From assembly GCA_017303975.1 (NCBI GenBank), contig JAFLBG010000008.1, positions 30,855-94,854 on the forward strand: a DNA stretch of 64,000 bases. Direction: 5' to 3'. The notes beneath the pieces were generated by a model. It did no database searches and was not told where the DNA came from. It was given only the letters and a program-made list of their open reading frames with translations. The position numbers and the translations under genes were made by a program. The number at the start of each line of letters is the position of its first letter. Positions within the stretch are counted from its first letter, which is position 1. The DNA is from Bacteroidota bacterium. Its GTDB lineage: Bacteria > Bacteroidota > Bacteroidia > JAFLBG01. This document shows positions 37,231 to 46,622 of the stretch, one piece after another.

Positions 37231-38589
37231 ATGAATGAAAATACTTTAGTTCAGGCCGTTAAAAATATTATCAAGTATCGTTTCAACCTAGATGACGATA
37301 GTGGGAATGAAGATGACGTAGTTTCTGCGATAAGGAAGGGTGTTGAATTTAGAGGTACGAACCTATGGACTTTAATCTTTGCTATAATTATTGCTTCAGT
37401 CGGTTTAAATGTAAATTCTACAGCAGTTATTATTGGCGCTATGTTAATATCACCGCTAATGGGACCAATAATGGGTATAGGTCTGGGTGCTGGAGTATTT
37501 GATTTTGAACTAATAAAATATGCAGCAAAAAATTTATTGATAGCAACAATTATTGGATTACTTTCCTCTGCCATCTATTTTTTTATAAGTCCTTTACACA
37601 CCGCACAGTCTGAGCTGTTGGCAAGAACCTCGCCTACCATTTGGGATGTATTAATTGCATTTTTTGGTGGTTTAGCAGGTATTGTTGCAAACTCAAGAAA
37701 AAATATAAGTAATGTTATTCCGGGTGTTGCAATTGCTACAGCATTGATGCCACCGCTTTGCACTGCCGGATATGGTTTAAGCATGGGCAATTTAAGCTAT
37801 TTCTCAGGAGCATTTTACCTGTATTTAATAAATTGTGTTTTTATAAGCCTCGCTACTTTTTTAATGATACGGTTTCTGAAATTTAAACCAATTCAATTTA
37901 TTGACAAGGGATTTGAAATTAGAATAAAAAAAATTATTTGGACTATAGTAGTTTTCACTATGCTTCCAAGTATTTACTTGGCTTACAGGTTTGTATCTAA
38001 TGAAATCTTTATACAAAGAGCAGAGAAATTTATTCATGATGAATTAAAGATGGCAAACGTTGTTGTTCTTGAAAAGAACATTAGTCCTGAAAATAAAAAA
38101 ATAAAAATTTCGGTGCTTGGTGAAAAAGAATCCAATTCTTTGTATAAAATAATGATTTCGAAAAAAGATAAATACAAATTGGGAACGGCAGATATAATGA
38201 TTAATCAATTGGGAGATAATAATTACAGGGAAAATTTATCAGAAATTAAATCAGGAGTTTTGGAGGAAATATATTTAAAACGGGAGGAGGAAATGGGTGA
38301 GAAAGAAAAGCAGATAAGTCAATTGGAAAATAAAATTAAGCAAGCCTCCAAATTAAACATAATGGATTCAATATTTTTTAAGGAATTTGAAGCAATCTAT
38401 GGCAAACCACAAAGGCTTTCTGTTTATATAGCTCCTGTTTATTCAACCCCATCTTCACGCGATACAACTGTATGTGTTTATATACAAACTCTAAATGGCA
38501 TTCCAAATATTAAAGTGAGTCAGCTCGAAGATTGGATTAGAGTGAAGACTTCTATTAGGGAGGTAAAGGTTTTTATTGAACCGAAATAA
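37231..38589 (+). CDS. DUF389-family integral membrane protein with C-terminal coiled-coil/soluble extension
   Basis: 452 aa. Repeated membrane motif AMLISPLMGPIMG and ATALMPPLC typical of DUF389 (TIGR00341-like). Function unknown. Confidence 0.65.
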   Translation: MNENTLVQAVKNIIKYRFNLDDDSGNEDDVVSAIRKGVEFRGTNLWTLIFAIIIASVGLNVNSTAVIIGAMLISPLMGPIMGIGLGAGVFDFELIKYAAKNLLIATIIGLLSSAIYFFISPLHTAQSELLARTSPTIWDVLIAFFGGLAGIVANSRKNISNVIPGVAIATALMPPLCTAGYGLSMGNLSYFSGAFYLYLINCVFISLATFLMIRFLKFKPIQFIDKGFEIRIKKIIWTIVVFTMLPSIYLAYRFVSNEIFIQRAEKFIHDELKMANVVVLEKNISPENKKIKISVLGEKESNSLYKIMISKKDKYKLGTADIMINQLGDNNYRENLSEIKSGVLEEIYLKREEEMGEKEKQISQLENKIKQASKLNIMDSIFFKEFEAIYGKPQRLSVYIAPVYSTPSSRDTTVCVYIQTLNGIPNIKVSQLEDWIRVKTSIREVKVFIEPK

Positions 38590-38786
38590 TGTTTGCCGTA
38601 AACATTTATTCTGAGTAATTTATTGTAGTGGATTCTTTTTCTCTTGTTGCAAAAAGAAATAACAAATGATTTCATGAACTTGCCATTCGATAATTAAGAA
38701 AAAATATATTCGGAATCGAATTGGTATCCCATTGAAAGATTATCTCTCAATTAAGCACAAATCCACAAATTCTTAGTGGGTTCGAT

Positions 38787-38800
38787 TTGACTAAAGTCAA
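38787..38800. promoter_or_regulatory. Candidate Crp/Fnr-type operator (TTGAC-N4-GTCAA)
   Basis: ttgac taaa gtcaa has perfect inverted 5-mers with FNR-box spacing. It lies 74 nt upstream of ATG 38874 and 1.6 kb from a Crp/Fnr gene. Single occurrence, not validated. Confidence 0.25.
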
Positions 38801-38873
38801 TGCAAATGTTTTTTTGTATCCCGACCTTTGTTATAAATCAATTGTAAAAATTATTTATAAACAGGAGGTATTT

Positions 38874-40430
38874 ATGTCAGAAACAAAAGAAAAAAGTGAA
38901 TTAAAAAAAATTAGACTTAGAAAGTTAAAGTTAACTGATTTGCCCGTAATTCAAGAGATACAGTTAAAATGCTTTCCAAGCATGAAACCTTGGAGTGAAA
39001 TACAATTTACAAGCGTTTTAACAACTTTTCCGGAAGGGCAGTTAGCTATAGAATATAAAGGGAAACTCGTAGCTTCTTGTTGTAGTTTAATTATTAGTAG
39101 TGAAAATTTTTCAGAAAACTCAACTTAGAGTGAAATTACTGATAACGGCCGTTTTACCACGCATACATTAAAAGGCGACACGCTATATGGTGCAGAAATA
39201 ATGGTTGATCCTGATTATAGAGATATGAAACTTTCTCGGAGACTTTATGAAGCAAGAAAAAAATTAGCAGTAAAATTTAATCTTAAAACAATTGCAGTAG
39301 GAGGTAGATTACCAAACTATTGCAAATATTCGGATAAGATGGATGCATACGACTATGTAAAAAGAGTGATTGATAAAAAGATTTTTGATCCAGTTCTTAC
39401 GGCTCAACTGTCAAATGGATTTACATTAAAAAAAATTCTCCCGGATTATTTACCTAATGACAAGGAATCATGTGGATTTGCAACTTACTTGGAATGGACT
39501 AATTTTTTGTATGATGGAAAAAGTCCCTCTAAACGATTAGTATCCCCTTATGTTCGCACTTCTGTAGTTCAATATGAGATGCGAATGATAAAAGGCTTTA
39601 CTGATTTTTCAAAAAGCTGTGAGTATTTTGTTGATATAGCATCTGATTACAGAAGTGATTTTGTTGTTTTCCCTGAAATGTTAACAATGCAGCTACTCAC
39701 ATTTTTACCCAAAAAAAGACCAGTTGATGCAATAAGAACTTTAGACCAATTTACACCGTCATATACCAAGATGTTTTCAAAATTGGCAGTCAAATATAAT
39801 GTAAACATTATTGGAGGGTCTCATTTTGTTATAGAAAATGATGACCTATACAATGCATCCTACTTATTTAGAAGGGATGGGACAATAGGAAAACAATATA
39901 AAATTCATATAACGCCTCATGAAAAAAAATGGTGGGGAGTGCAAGCTGGAAGTAAAGTGGAAGTTTTTGACACAGATATGGGTAAGGTAGCTATACTAAT
40001 TTGCTACGATGTTGAATTTCCTGAGTTAGCCAGAATTGCTGCTTCCAAAGGAGCTAAAATAATTTTTGTTCCTTTTAATACTGATGATAGAAGAGGATAC
40101 TTAAGAGTTCGTTATTGTTCACAAGCACGAGCTATTGAAAATCAGCTTTATACAGTTATTTCAGGTTGCGTAGGCAATTTGCCGGGTGTTGAAAATCTTG
40201 ACATACATTTTGCTGAATCGGCAATATTTACTCCATCGGATGCAGAGTTTTCGCGTGAAGCCATTGCAACACAAGCCTCGCCAAATACAGAGACAATGAT
40301 ATTTCAGGATTTAGATATGAATCTATTAAAACGCAATCGGGAACATGGAAGCGTTCAAACTTGGAATGACCGCAGAACAGATTTATATAGAATTGTTTAT
40401 AACGAGAATGATACCAAAAATGAGATATAA
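38874..40430 (+). pseudogene. Bifunctional GNAT N-acetyltransferase / carbon-nitrogen hydrolase gene interrupted by one in-frame TAG (39126..39128)
   Basis: ORFs 38787..39128 and 39201..40430 are in the same frame. Reading through the TAG gives a continuous 518-codon frame. The GNAT domain (....[12 protein letters not shown]...[25 protein letters not shown]) is split in its middle. The C-terminal half has the CN-hydrolase triad contexts VVFPEM, YKIHIT, AILICYDVEFPE. Confidence 0.8.
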
Positions 40431-40460
40431 CAATTGTTTAACCTTTAAACAAAAGAAACT

Positions 40461-41468
40461 ATGAAGATGAATCAAATTAAAAAAATATTAATGCCAACTG
40501 ATTTTTCCAAAACGGCTCAAAATGCTATGAAATATGCTATTGAATTAGCATGGACACACAAGGCTAAATTAACATTAATGCATGTGGTTCCATATATTCC
40601 TAACTTGGGACATGATATAGCTGGTTATTATCTGCTTGCTCAAAAGGAAGATTTAAAAAGAGCACAAATCAAAATGAAAGAGTTGCAAGATGAAATACTA
40701 AGTAAATTCTTGTTAAAAGTAAAAACTATAGTAAAAAATGATTACGTGCAAGGTGCAATAGTGGATTATGCTAAATCATCCAATACAGACTTAATCATAA
40801 TGGGGACTCACGGAGTTACAGGTATAAAGGAGTTTTTTATAGGCAGTAATTCGTATGGTGTAGTTAACCAATCGCACTGCCCTGTAATTACAATTCATCC
40901 TAAAGGAGGTAAAAAGAATGATGCGCCTGCCATATTAATAAAAGCCTCTAATGCAAGAAAAGATAAAGGACATCCTGCTGATAGAAAAACATCACTAAAG
41001 CTGTTGAATGAAACACGTAATCAGACTTTTAAAACTATTGTCTTGCCCGTTCGTATTGCTAAACATTCAAGAGAGAAAGTCCTTTATATAGTTCAAATAG
41101 CTAAAAAGTACGACTCATTTGTTCATATAGCCGCTTATGTAAGTAGAATTGATAATACAGGAGAATTAAGGAAGGTAAATGCCTATGCAAAGCAAGTAGA
41201 AAAGTATTTAAAATCAAATAATATAAAGTGCAGAATAACTATTATTTGCGGTGCGAATTATATACAGCAAATATTAAAATTCGCTGAAAAAAGAAAAGCG
41301 GATTTAATAACTATAATGGCGCAGAGGGACTATGGTTTGAGTCAGTATATTTCAGGCCCCTATGCACAACAATTGGTAAATCATTCCAAAATACCAGTAT
41401 TAAGTGTGCCAGTTAAATACAACCCCAAACTTATCAAGTATTACAACCCTGTAACAGCATCTTATTAA
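40461..41468 (+). CDS. Universal stress protein, tandem Usp domains
   Basis: 335 aa. First domain KKILMPTDFS...LIIMGTHGVTGIKEFFIGSNSYGVVNQSHCPVITI. The second Usp-like domain ends LVNHSKIPVLSVP. Confidence 0.85.
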   Translation: MKMNQIKKILMPTDFSKTAQNAMKYAIELAWTHKAKLTLMHVVPYIPNLGHDIAGYYLLAQKEDLKRAQIKMKELQDEILSKFLLKVKTIVKNDYVQGAIVDYAKSSNTDLIIMGTHGVTGIKEFFIGSNSYGVVNQSHCPVITIHPKGGKKNDAPAILIKASNARKDKGHPADRKTSLKLLNETRNQTFKTIVLPVRIAKHSREKVLYIVQIAKKYDSFVHIAAYVSRIDNTGELRKVNAYAKQVEKYLKSNNIKCRITIICGANYIQQILKFAEKRKADLITIMAQRDYGLSQYISGPYAQQLVNHSKIPVLSVPVKYNPKLIKYYNPVTASY

Positions 41469-41485
41469 TTAACTTAAAAAATAAT

Positions 41486-41662
41486 ATGAAAACAATTATA
41501 GAATCAACAAATTTTAAGCCTAGCTTTACTAATGTCTCAGTGGAAGAAAAATCTGAAAAAATGTTTCTTGGGGAAATACAGTAAAACAATTAGTAAGTCA
41601 TGTATTATACCTGTTTTAACCATTCCGAAAAAAATTACCCGCCAAGACGATATATTTAAATG
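41486..41662 (+). pseudogene. Collapsed Usp-gene relic (N- and C-terminal fragments, frameshifted)
   Basis: The 32-codon ORF MKTIIESTNFKPS... mimics the Usp N-terminus (MK.I...TDFS). One frame over, GNTVKQLVSHVLYPVLTIPKK mimics the Usp C-terminal signature and ends at TGA 41660..41662. Confidence 0.4.
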
Positions 41663-41700
41663 AATTAGATGCGCTGATATAGTTTTAACGTAATAAAAAG

Positions 41701-42510
41701 ATGAAAACGATATTTGAATTTGAAGTATTAAAATTAGGAGAATATAGTCTCACCTTTTCACGGATTGTTTATATAATAGGGCTTCTCCTATTTCTGTGGG
41801 TTATATTAAAAGTGATTAAGAAAGTACTGGCAAAGTATACAAAATTTGACGAGGGGCAGAAATTTACAGCATATACGATTGTAAAATATTTTTTATACGT
41901 ATTTGCTATATCTGCTGTGCTTAAGTTTCTGGGAATAGATATTTCTGTATTAGTAGCTGGTTCAGCTGCCCTATTTGTCGGGATAGGATTAGGATTACAA
42001 AGTTTATTTTATGATTTTATTTCCGGAATAATACTGCTCGTGGATGGCACTATTAAAGTAGGTAATGTATTACAAATCGGAGATAAACGGGTAGAGGTAT
42101 TATCTATTCGCTTTAGAACTTCCGTTGTTAAAACAAGAGAGGAAAAGGAAGTTATATTACCGAACTCCTTTTTAACCAAGAATGAAATAATTAATTGGTC
42201 CAATCAAAAAAACATCAATCGGCACTACGTTGAGTTACAGGTTTTAGAAAAAGATGTTGAAAGAGCTATGGATTTAATTTTAACTACAATAAAGGTACAC
42301 CCTAAAGTAATTGCAACTCCTGAGCCATACGTAAGGATTGAGAGATTTACAGAATACGCAGTTGAGTTAAGACTTTTATTTTGGTCAGAAGAAGTATTGG
42401 CGGTGGGTAGAATGTTGGGTGATATTCGCCTGCTAATATTAAAAGAATTGCGTAAAAATAGTATTGTAATGCCAGCGCCACATCAAGTAGTTTCTATAAA
42501 TAAATTGTAA
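41701..42510 (+). CDS. Small-conductance mechanosensitive channel (MscS family)
   Basis: 269 aa. Three TM, then the pore-lining GIGLGLQSLFYDFISGIILL and beta-domain VGNVLQIGDKRVEVLSIRFRTSVVKT typical of MscS. Confidence 0.85.
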   Translation: MKTIFEFEVLKLGEYSLTFSRIVYIIGLLLFLWVILKVIKKVLAKYTKFDEGQKFTAYTIVKYFLYVFAISAVLKFLGIDISVLVAGSAALFVGIGLGLQSLFYDFISGIILLVDGTIKVGNVLQIGDKRVEVLSIRFRTSVVKTREEKEVILPNSFLTKNEIINWSNQKNINRHYVELQVLEKDVERAMDLILTTIKVHPKVIATPEPYVRIERFTEYAVELRLLFWSEEVLAVGRMLGDIRLLILKELRKNSIVMPAPHQVVSINKL

Positions 42511-42516
42511 CTAATT

Positions 42517-44253
42517 ATGATAATCGTATTTCTTTTAATTATTGCAATAGTTGTTTTGTTTTCAATTGATAAATTTCCAGCCGACTCTATTGTATTGGTT
42601 TCATTAATAATCCTTGTAGCAACTGGTATTTTAACTCCCAGTGAAGCATTCAAGGGATTCGGTAACGATTTTATTATAATGCTTTCCTCTATTTTTATCA
42701 TAAGTGCTTCGTTACAACACAATGGGGTAATGGAATATTTGAGCAGTAAGCTAACCAGTGTTGGTATAAAAAATTATGGCTTAACAATACTATTAATAAT
42801 GATACCTGTTGGTTTGCTATCCGCTTTTATGAATAATACAACAGTTGCAGCAGTGATGATACTTCCTATACTTGGCATGGCTGAAAAAATGGGCAAATTA
42901 CCGTCCAAATTTTTAATGCCAATGGCATTCGCTTCCTTGTTAGGTGGTACTTGTACACTCATTGGCACTTCCACAAATATTGCAGGAAACAATTTTTTAA
43001 TTTCTAATGGAATAGAACCCATTGGGATGTTTGAATTACTGCCAATCGGAATTACGCTTTTACTATTTTGCACACTCTTTTTTGTTTTTTTTGGGAATAA
43101 AATACTTCCGAATGGCATTAGAAGTGATAATTCCCCAAAAGTGGAAATCAACAGATTGTTTTACTCACATTTTAATGTAGGGAATTCTAAATATTTTATA
43201 GGCAAAGCTATTGGTGAACTAAAAGAAAAAGACATTTCTTTTTTAAAAATTGTTCAATCTGGTGTAGAAAAAATTGCGGATGGCAATATTGTTATTTCTG
43301 AAAATGATGAGCTATATATAGAGGCAACCAGTGAATCATTAAAATTATTTTACAGCAAATATTCAATTCTTCAATCTACGCATTCTGTAAAAAATAATAA
43401 AATAGGAGTGGCTGAATTAATGGTACTGCCAAGTTCGTTTATTACCAACTCTACTATTATTGAATCAGAATTTTGCATAAAAACAGGATTGAGTCCAATC
43501 GGCTTATTTAGAAAGAGTCATACATTTTCAAAAAACGTTAATGAAGCAACAATTAAAACAGGAGACATCATAGTAGTTGAAGGATTAGAAAGTGATATTT
43601 CTAAGATAAAACACAGAAATGACTTTATCATTTTAACAAACACTGGTAATTCCAATTTGCCTAATTTAAAACGAGGATTTATTGCGTTGGCAATATTTTT
43701 ATTAGCAATAATAACAGGTACAATAGGGATTCTACCAATTAGCATATCATTTTTGACAGCAGTTTTATTGATTTTATCATTTAATGTCTTGCCCAGTAGT
43801 GCAGTATATTCAAAGGTAGATTGGCGATTAATCATTTTGATTGGAGGAATGACTGCTTTTGGAACAGCAATAAAAAAAACCGGTGCAGATATTTATTTAG
43901 CAAATTTAGTTACCGATATATTTAAAAATGCTAACCACTCCACAATACTTTTTAGTTTAATGGTATTAACGGTTTTATTAACGCAACCCATGAGCAATGC
44001 TGCTGCCGCTCTTGTTGTTTTACCAATAGCAATTCAAACAGCAGTAAACATAAACGCCAACCCGCGATATTTTGCAATTGCGGTTATTTTGTCTGCTTCA
44101 ATTTCAATGGTTACACCGTTTGAGCCAGCATCACTACTTGTGCTTGGGCCGGGTAAGTACAAAATATCTGACTTCTTGAAAATTGGAGGAGTGCTTACCC
44201 TATTTTGCTTGGTTATAATTTTATTAATGATTAACACATTTTATATCGCATAA
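42517..44253 (+). CDS. SLC13/DASS-family permease with central tandem TrkA-C (RCK_C) domains
   Basis: 578 aa. Polytopic N- and C-terminal halves. Two soluble inserts (...ELKEKDISFLKIVQSG...ENDELYIEAT and ...IKTGDIIVVEGLESDI) match the TrkA-C pattern. Confidence 0.8.
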   Translation: MIIVFLLIIAIVVLFSIDKFPADSIVLVSLIILVATGILTPSEAFKGFGNDFIIMLSSIFIISASLQHNGVMEYLSSKLTSVGIKNYGLTILLIMIPVGLLSAFMNNTTVAAVMILPILGMAEKMGKLPSKFLMPMAFASLLGGTCTLIGTSTNIAGNNFLISNGIEPIGMFELLPIGITLLLFCTLFFVFFGNKILPNGIRSDNSPKVEINRLFYSHFNVGNSKYFIGKAIGELKEKDISFLKIVQSGVEKIADGNIVISENDELYIEATSESLKLFYSKYSILQSTHSVKNNKIGVAELMVLPSSFITNSTIIESEFCIKTGLSPIGLFRKSHTFSKNVNEATIKTGDIIVVEGLESDISKIKHRNDFIILTNTGNSNLPNLKRGFIALAIFLLAIITGTIGILPISISFLTAVLLILSFNVLPSSAVYSKVDWRLIILIGGMTAFGTAIKKTGADIYLANLVTDIFKNANHSTILFSLMVLTVLLTQPMSNAAAALVVLPIAIQTAVNINANPRYFAIAVILSASISMVTPFEPASLLVLGPGKYKISDFLKIGGVLTLFCLVIILLMINTFYIA

Positions 44254-44304
44254 AATTGTTATATTAAATTTCAAATTTTATGCGATTAATTTTTATTCAT
44301 TGAT

Positions 44305-44334
44305 CTTTTAAGTTATTTGCAAATAACTTAAAAG
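44305..44334. terminator. AT-rich palindromic hairpin between convergent genes (possible terminator)
   Basis: cttttaagttattt gc aaataacttaaaag has 14-nt perfect arms. Located between the stops at 44253 (+) and 44374 (-). Confidence 0.4.
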
Positions 44335-44373
44335 TGTTATGATTAGGTTAATAGTATATATCAATAAGGCTAA

Positions 44374-45021
44374 TCAAGTTGCCAATGTGTAATTTTTGTT
44401 TTTCGAATTAATTACAAAATCCCCTTTCGTTGATCCAGTTCCTATGCCAGATAAAAACGAAAATGAAATAGGAATAGTATCAACATTCCAGCGAAAACCT
44501 TTGCTTTCAATATTTACGTTTTTAATGAAGTAATTTATGGGAGTTACAATTTCACGATAATGAAATTCGCCATTATGTATTTTTATATTAAGAATGCTAA
44601 AGTGTAGTGGTTCTTTTTTTGACTTTGAATTTTCTTTCGAAGAGAATTTTGCAATCAAATCATTAAAATTGAAATATTCTTTATTTTGAAAAATATGTCC
44701 TTTAGGATAATCTAATGTTAGGGAGCTAAATTCATATGTTTGAGAAAGCAGTTTATTCATCTTCAAATTCGCGTTTAACCTTTTTGCAGAAAAGAAAATA
44801 CTGTCGCTTTGGAGCGCGTATATTTTTAGATTACTGAAATGAATATATCCGGAGAATGGATTTACATAAACCCAATCCATTTTTATTTCTCGCCCAAAAT
44901 ATTTTACATCATATTTTTCAATTAAAAATTTTGTAAGTGGAGATATAAATAGTATTACCACAACTATAAAAATTGTACATGAGATAATGAAAACTTTAAG
45001 TACATTTTTTACTTTGCTCAT
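44374..45021 (-). CDS. Hypothetical membrane-anchored protein (DUF748/AsmA-N-like?)
   Basis: 215 aa. N-terminal TM (VLKVFIISCTIFIVVVILFI). The remainder is beta-rich. The family guess is weak. Confidence 0.4.
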   Translation of the reverse strand: MSKVKNVLKVFIISCTIFIVVVILFISPLTKFLIEKYDVKYFGREIKMDWVYVNPFSGYIHFSNLKIYALQSDSIFFSAKRLNANLKMNKLLSQTYEFSSLTLDYPKGHIFQNKEYFNFNDLIAKFSSKENSKSKKEPLHFSILNIKIHNGEFHYREIVTPINYFIKNVNIESKGFRWNVDTIPISFSFLSGIGTGSTKGDFVINSKNKNYTLAT

Positions 45022-45316
45022 TTAACGTTCATCGTACTTGTAGGTGACAAAGTAGAATTTATTATTTATGAAGTATCCCGCAAGAATTAATTATCTAATA
45101 CGCTATGTTACGTTCCAAACTATACTGAAATTATTTTAGTAACAATCAAAACTACATAGATACAAGTAAGGTGTACTTATAGGATTATTTAAATAATTTA
45201 CATTATTCACACATTTGTTTTTTTTACTGTAGTGATTAGGGTTTCTTTATAGAATGCGGTTAGCGGAGTCGAGTAGATAGAATTATACTGAAAGAATGTG
45301 CAAATCGAAGAATGTA

Positions 45317-46459
45317 TTAGTATTGTTTTTGCAATTTTATACGGTCTCTAAGTTTGGTAATGGGTAATTCAAAATACTTGTAAAGTAAGATGGAAAGCAA
45401 AATTAAAACACTCCAGTAAAGTGAATAATTTATTGCCATGGTAATGTTGTTATTGGTTGTAAGGTAATTCCATGGAATTTTGTTTAATATCCAATGCTGC
45501 AGGATTGAAAGGTTTAAGAGGTACATGGAGTATGAAATCAAACTTAAATAGGTAATGGGTTTGTAAAGAACACTTTTATTCGTTTTAAGATCACTTAAGT
45601 AGGGCAGTATAAGCAGTGTGGCAATTGCAATTAAGCTAAAGCTAAATACGGTAGAGTACAATCCATTAATTGATGTGATGTTTGGAAGAAGGTATCTGCT
45701 CAAAACAAAAAGAAAGATACCCAATAGCAGTAATTTGTGTTTATGTTTTAGCCATAAGGGTAAATGGTAATATTGAATATAGGCTCCAATTACACCAAAC
45801 ATAAGACTATCGAGCCGAGTAATTACTTGTTTTCTAAATAGTAAATCCCAGTCTTTTATTCCGTCTATTACACCGGTTGAATATCTGTAATAACGAACTG
45901 TTGTAGTAAGTATAATAACGAGTATAATGGTTGTTAATACACCTTTCTTGTGGGTAACTTTGAATACAATTGAAAAAGTGCCGATGCAAATGGGTAATAG
46001 CAAATAAAACCATTCTTCTACACTCAAGCTCCAAGCCTCCGGAAAAAAATTAGAAGGATGTGGCTCAAAAAAATTTTGAGAAAAAATGAAATACTTGAAT
46101 GTGCTTTTAATTGAAAAGTTGGGAGTAAAGAAAAAATTTAGAAGACATAATACTACTAAAATTAGAAAGTAGTTGGGGAGTGTTCTAAACCATCTTCTTG
46201 TCCAAAAATTAAAAAGTGCACGTTTGTTAAATTCTTTTTGTTCGAGTTGTTTTATCAACAATCCGCCCACAAGAAAACCGCTTAAGACAAAAAAAATAGA
46301 TACACCATCAAATATAAAGTAAGAATTTAGGCGTTGCCATTTTTCAGAGAGTAAATGCCCCCCGTGGCCTAGTACTACAAAAAAAATAGCGAGTGCTCTT
46401 AATATGTCTAGCCCCAATACTCTGTTCGTATCAATTTCAATTCTGAAAATATTTTTCAT
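45317..46459 (-). CDS. Acyltransferase family 3 (OafA-like) integral membrane protein
   Basis: 380 aa, ~10 TM. N-terminal LDILRALAIFFVVLGH... and WSLSVEEWFYLLLP motifs typical of acyltransferase_3. Confidence 0.8.
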   Translation of the reverse strand: MKNIFRIEIDTNRVLGLDILRALAIFFVVLGHGGHLLSEKWQRLNSYFIFDGVSIFFVLSGFLVGGLLIKQLEQKEFNKRALFNFWTRRWFRTLPNYFLILVVLCLLNFFFTPNFSIKSTFKYFIFSQNFFEPHPSNFFPEAWSLSVEEWFYLLLPICIGTFSIVFKVTHKKGVLTTIILVIILTTTVRYYRYSTGVIDGIKDWDLLFRKQVITRLDSLMFGVIGAYIQYYHLPLWLKHKHKLLLLGIFLFVLSRYLLPNITSINGLYSTVFSFSLIAIATLLILPYLSDLKTNKSVLYKPITYLSLISYSMYLLNLSILQHWILNKIPWNYLTTNNNITMAINYSLYWSVLILLSILLYKYFELPITKLRDRIKLQKQY

Positions 46460-46622
46460 CTTTTGTGTGCTAACAAAAACAGCGAGGGTATAATGTTTTA
46501 TTTAGTGCAGATTTTTATTTTAATAAGAGCAAACGGTTCTGGGAAAGCAAACTTTTCCTACTTTAATTCATTGGCTCAATCCCATATTATAAGCACTACA
46601 TACGAGTAAATTGTTGTAATTG

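Noticed and set aside
38787-38873. ORF-track TTG start at 38787 extending the GNAT gene by 29 codons
   Set aside because: The extension (MTKVNANVFLYPDLCYKSIVKIIYKQEVF) overlaps the palindrome and likely promoter DNA. ATG 38874, preceded by aggagg, gives an N-terminus typical of the family.
39126-39128. Stop-codon reassignment or programmed read-through of TAG
   Set aside because: TAG clearly terminates other well-defined genes in the window (the MTase at 5190..5192 and the cytochrome c peroxidase at 13508..13510). No Pyl-type machinery is visible. A simple nonsense mutation or a sequencing error is more parsimonious.
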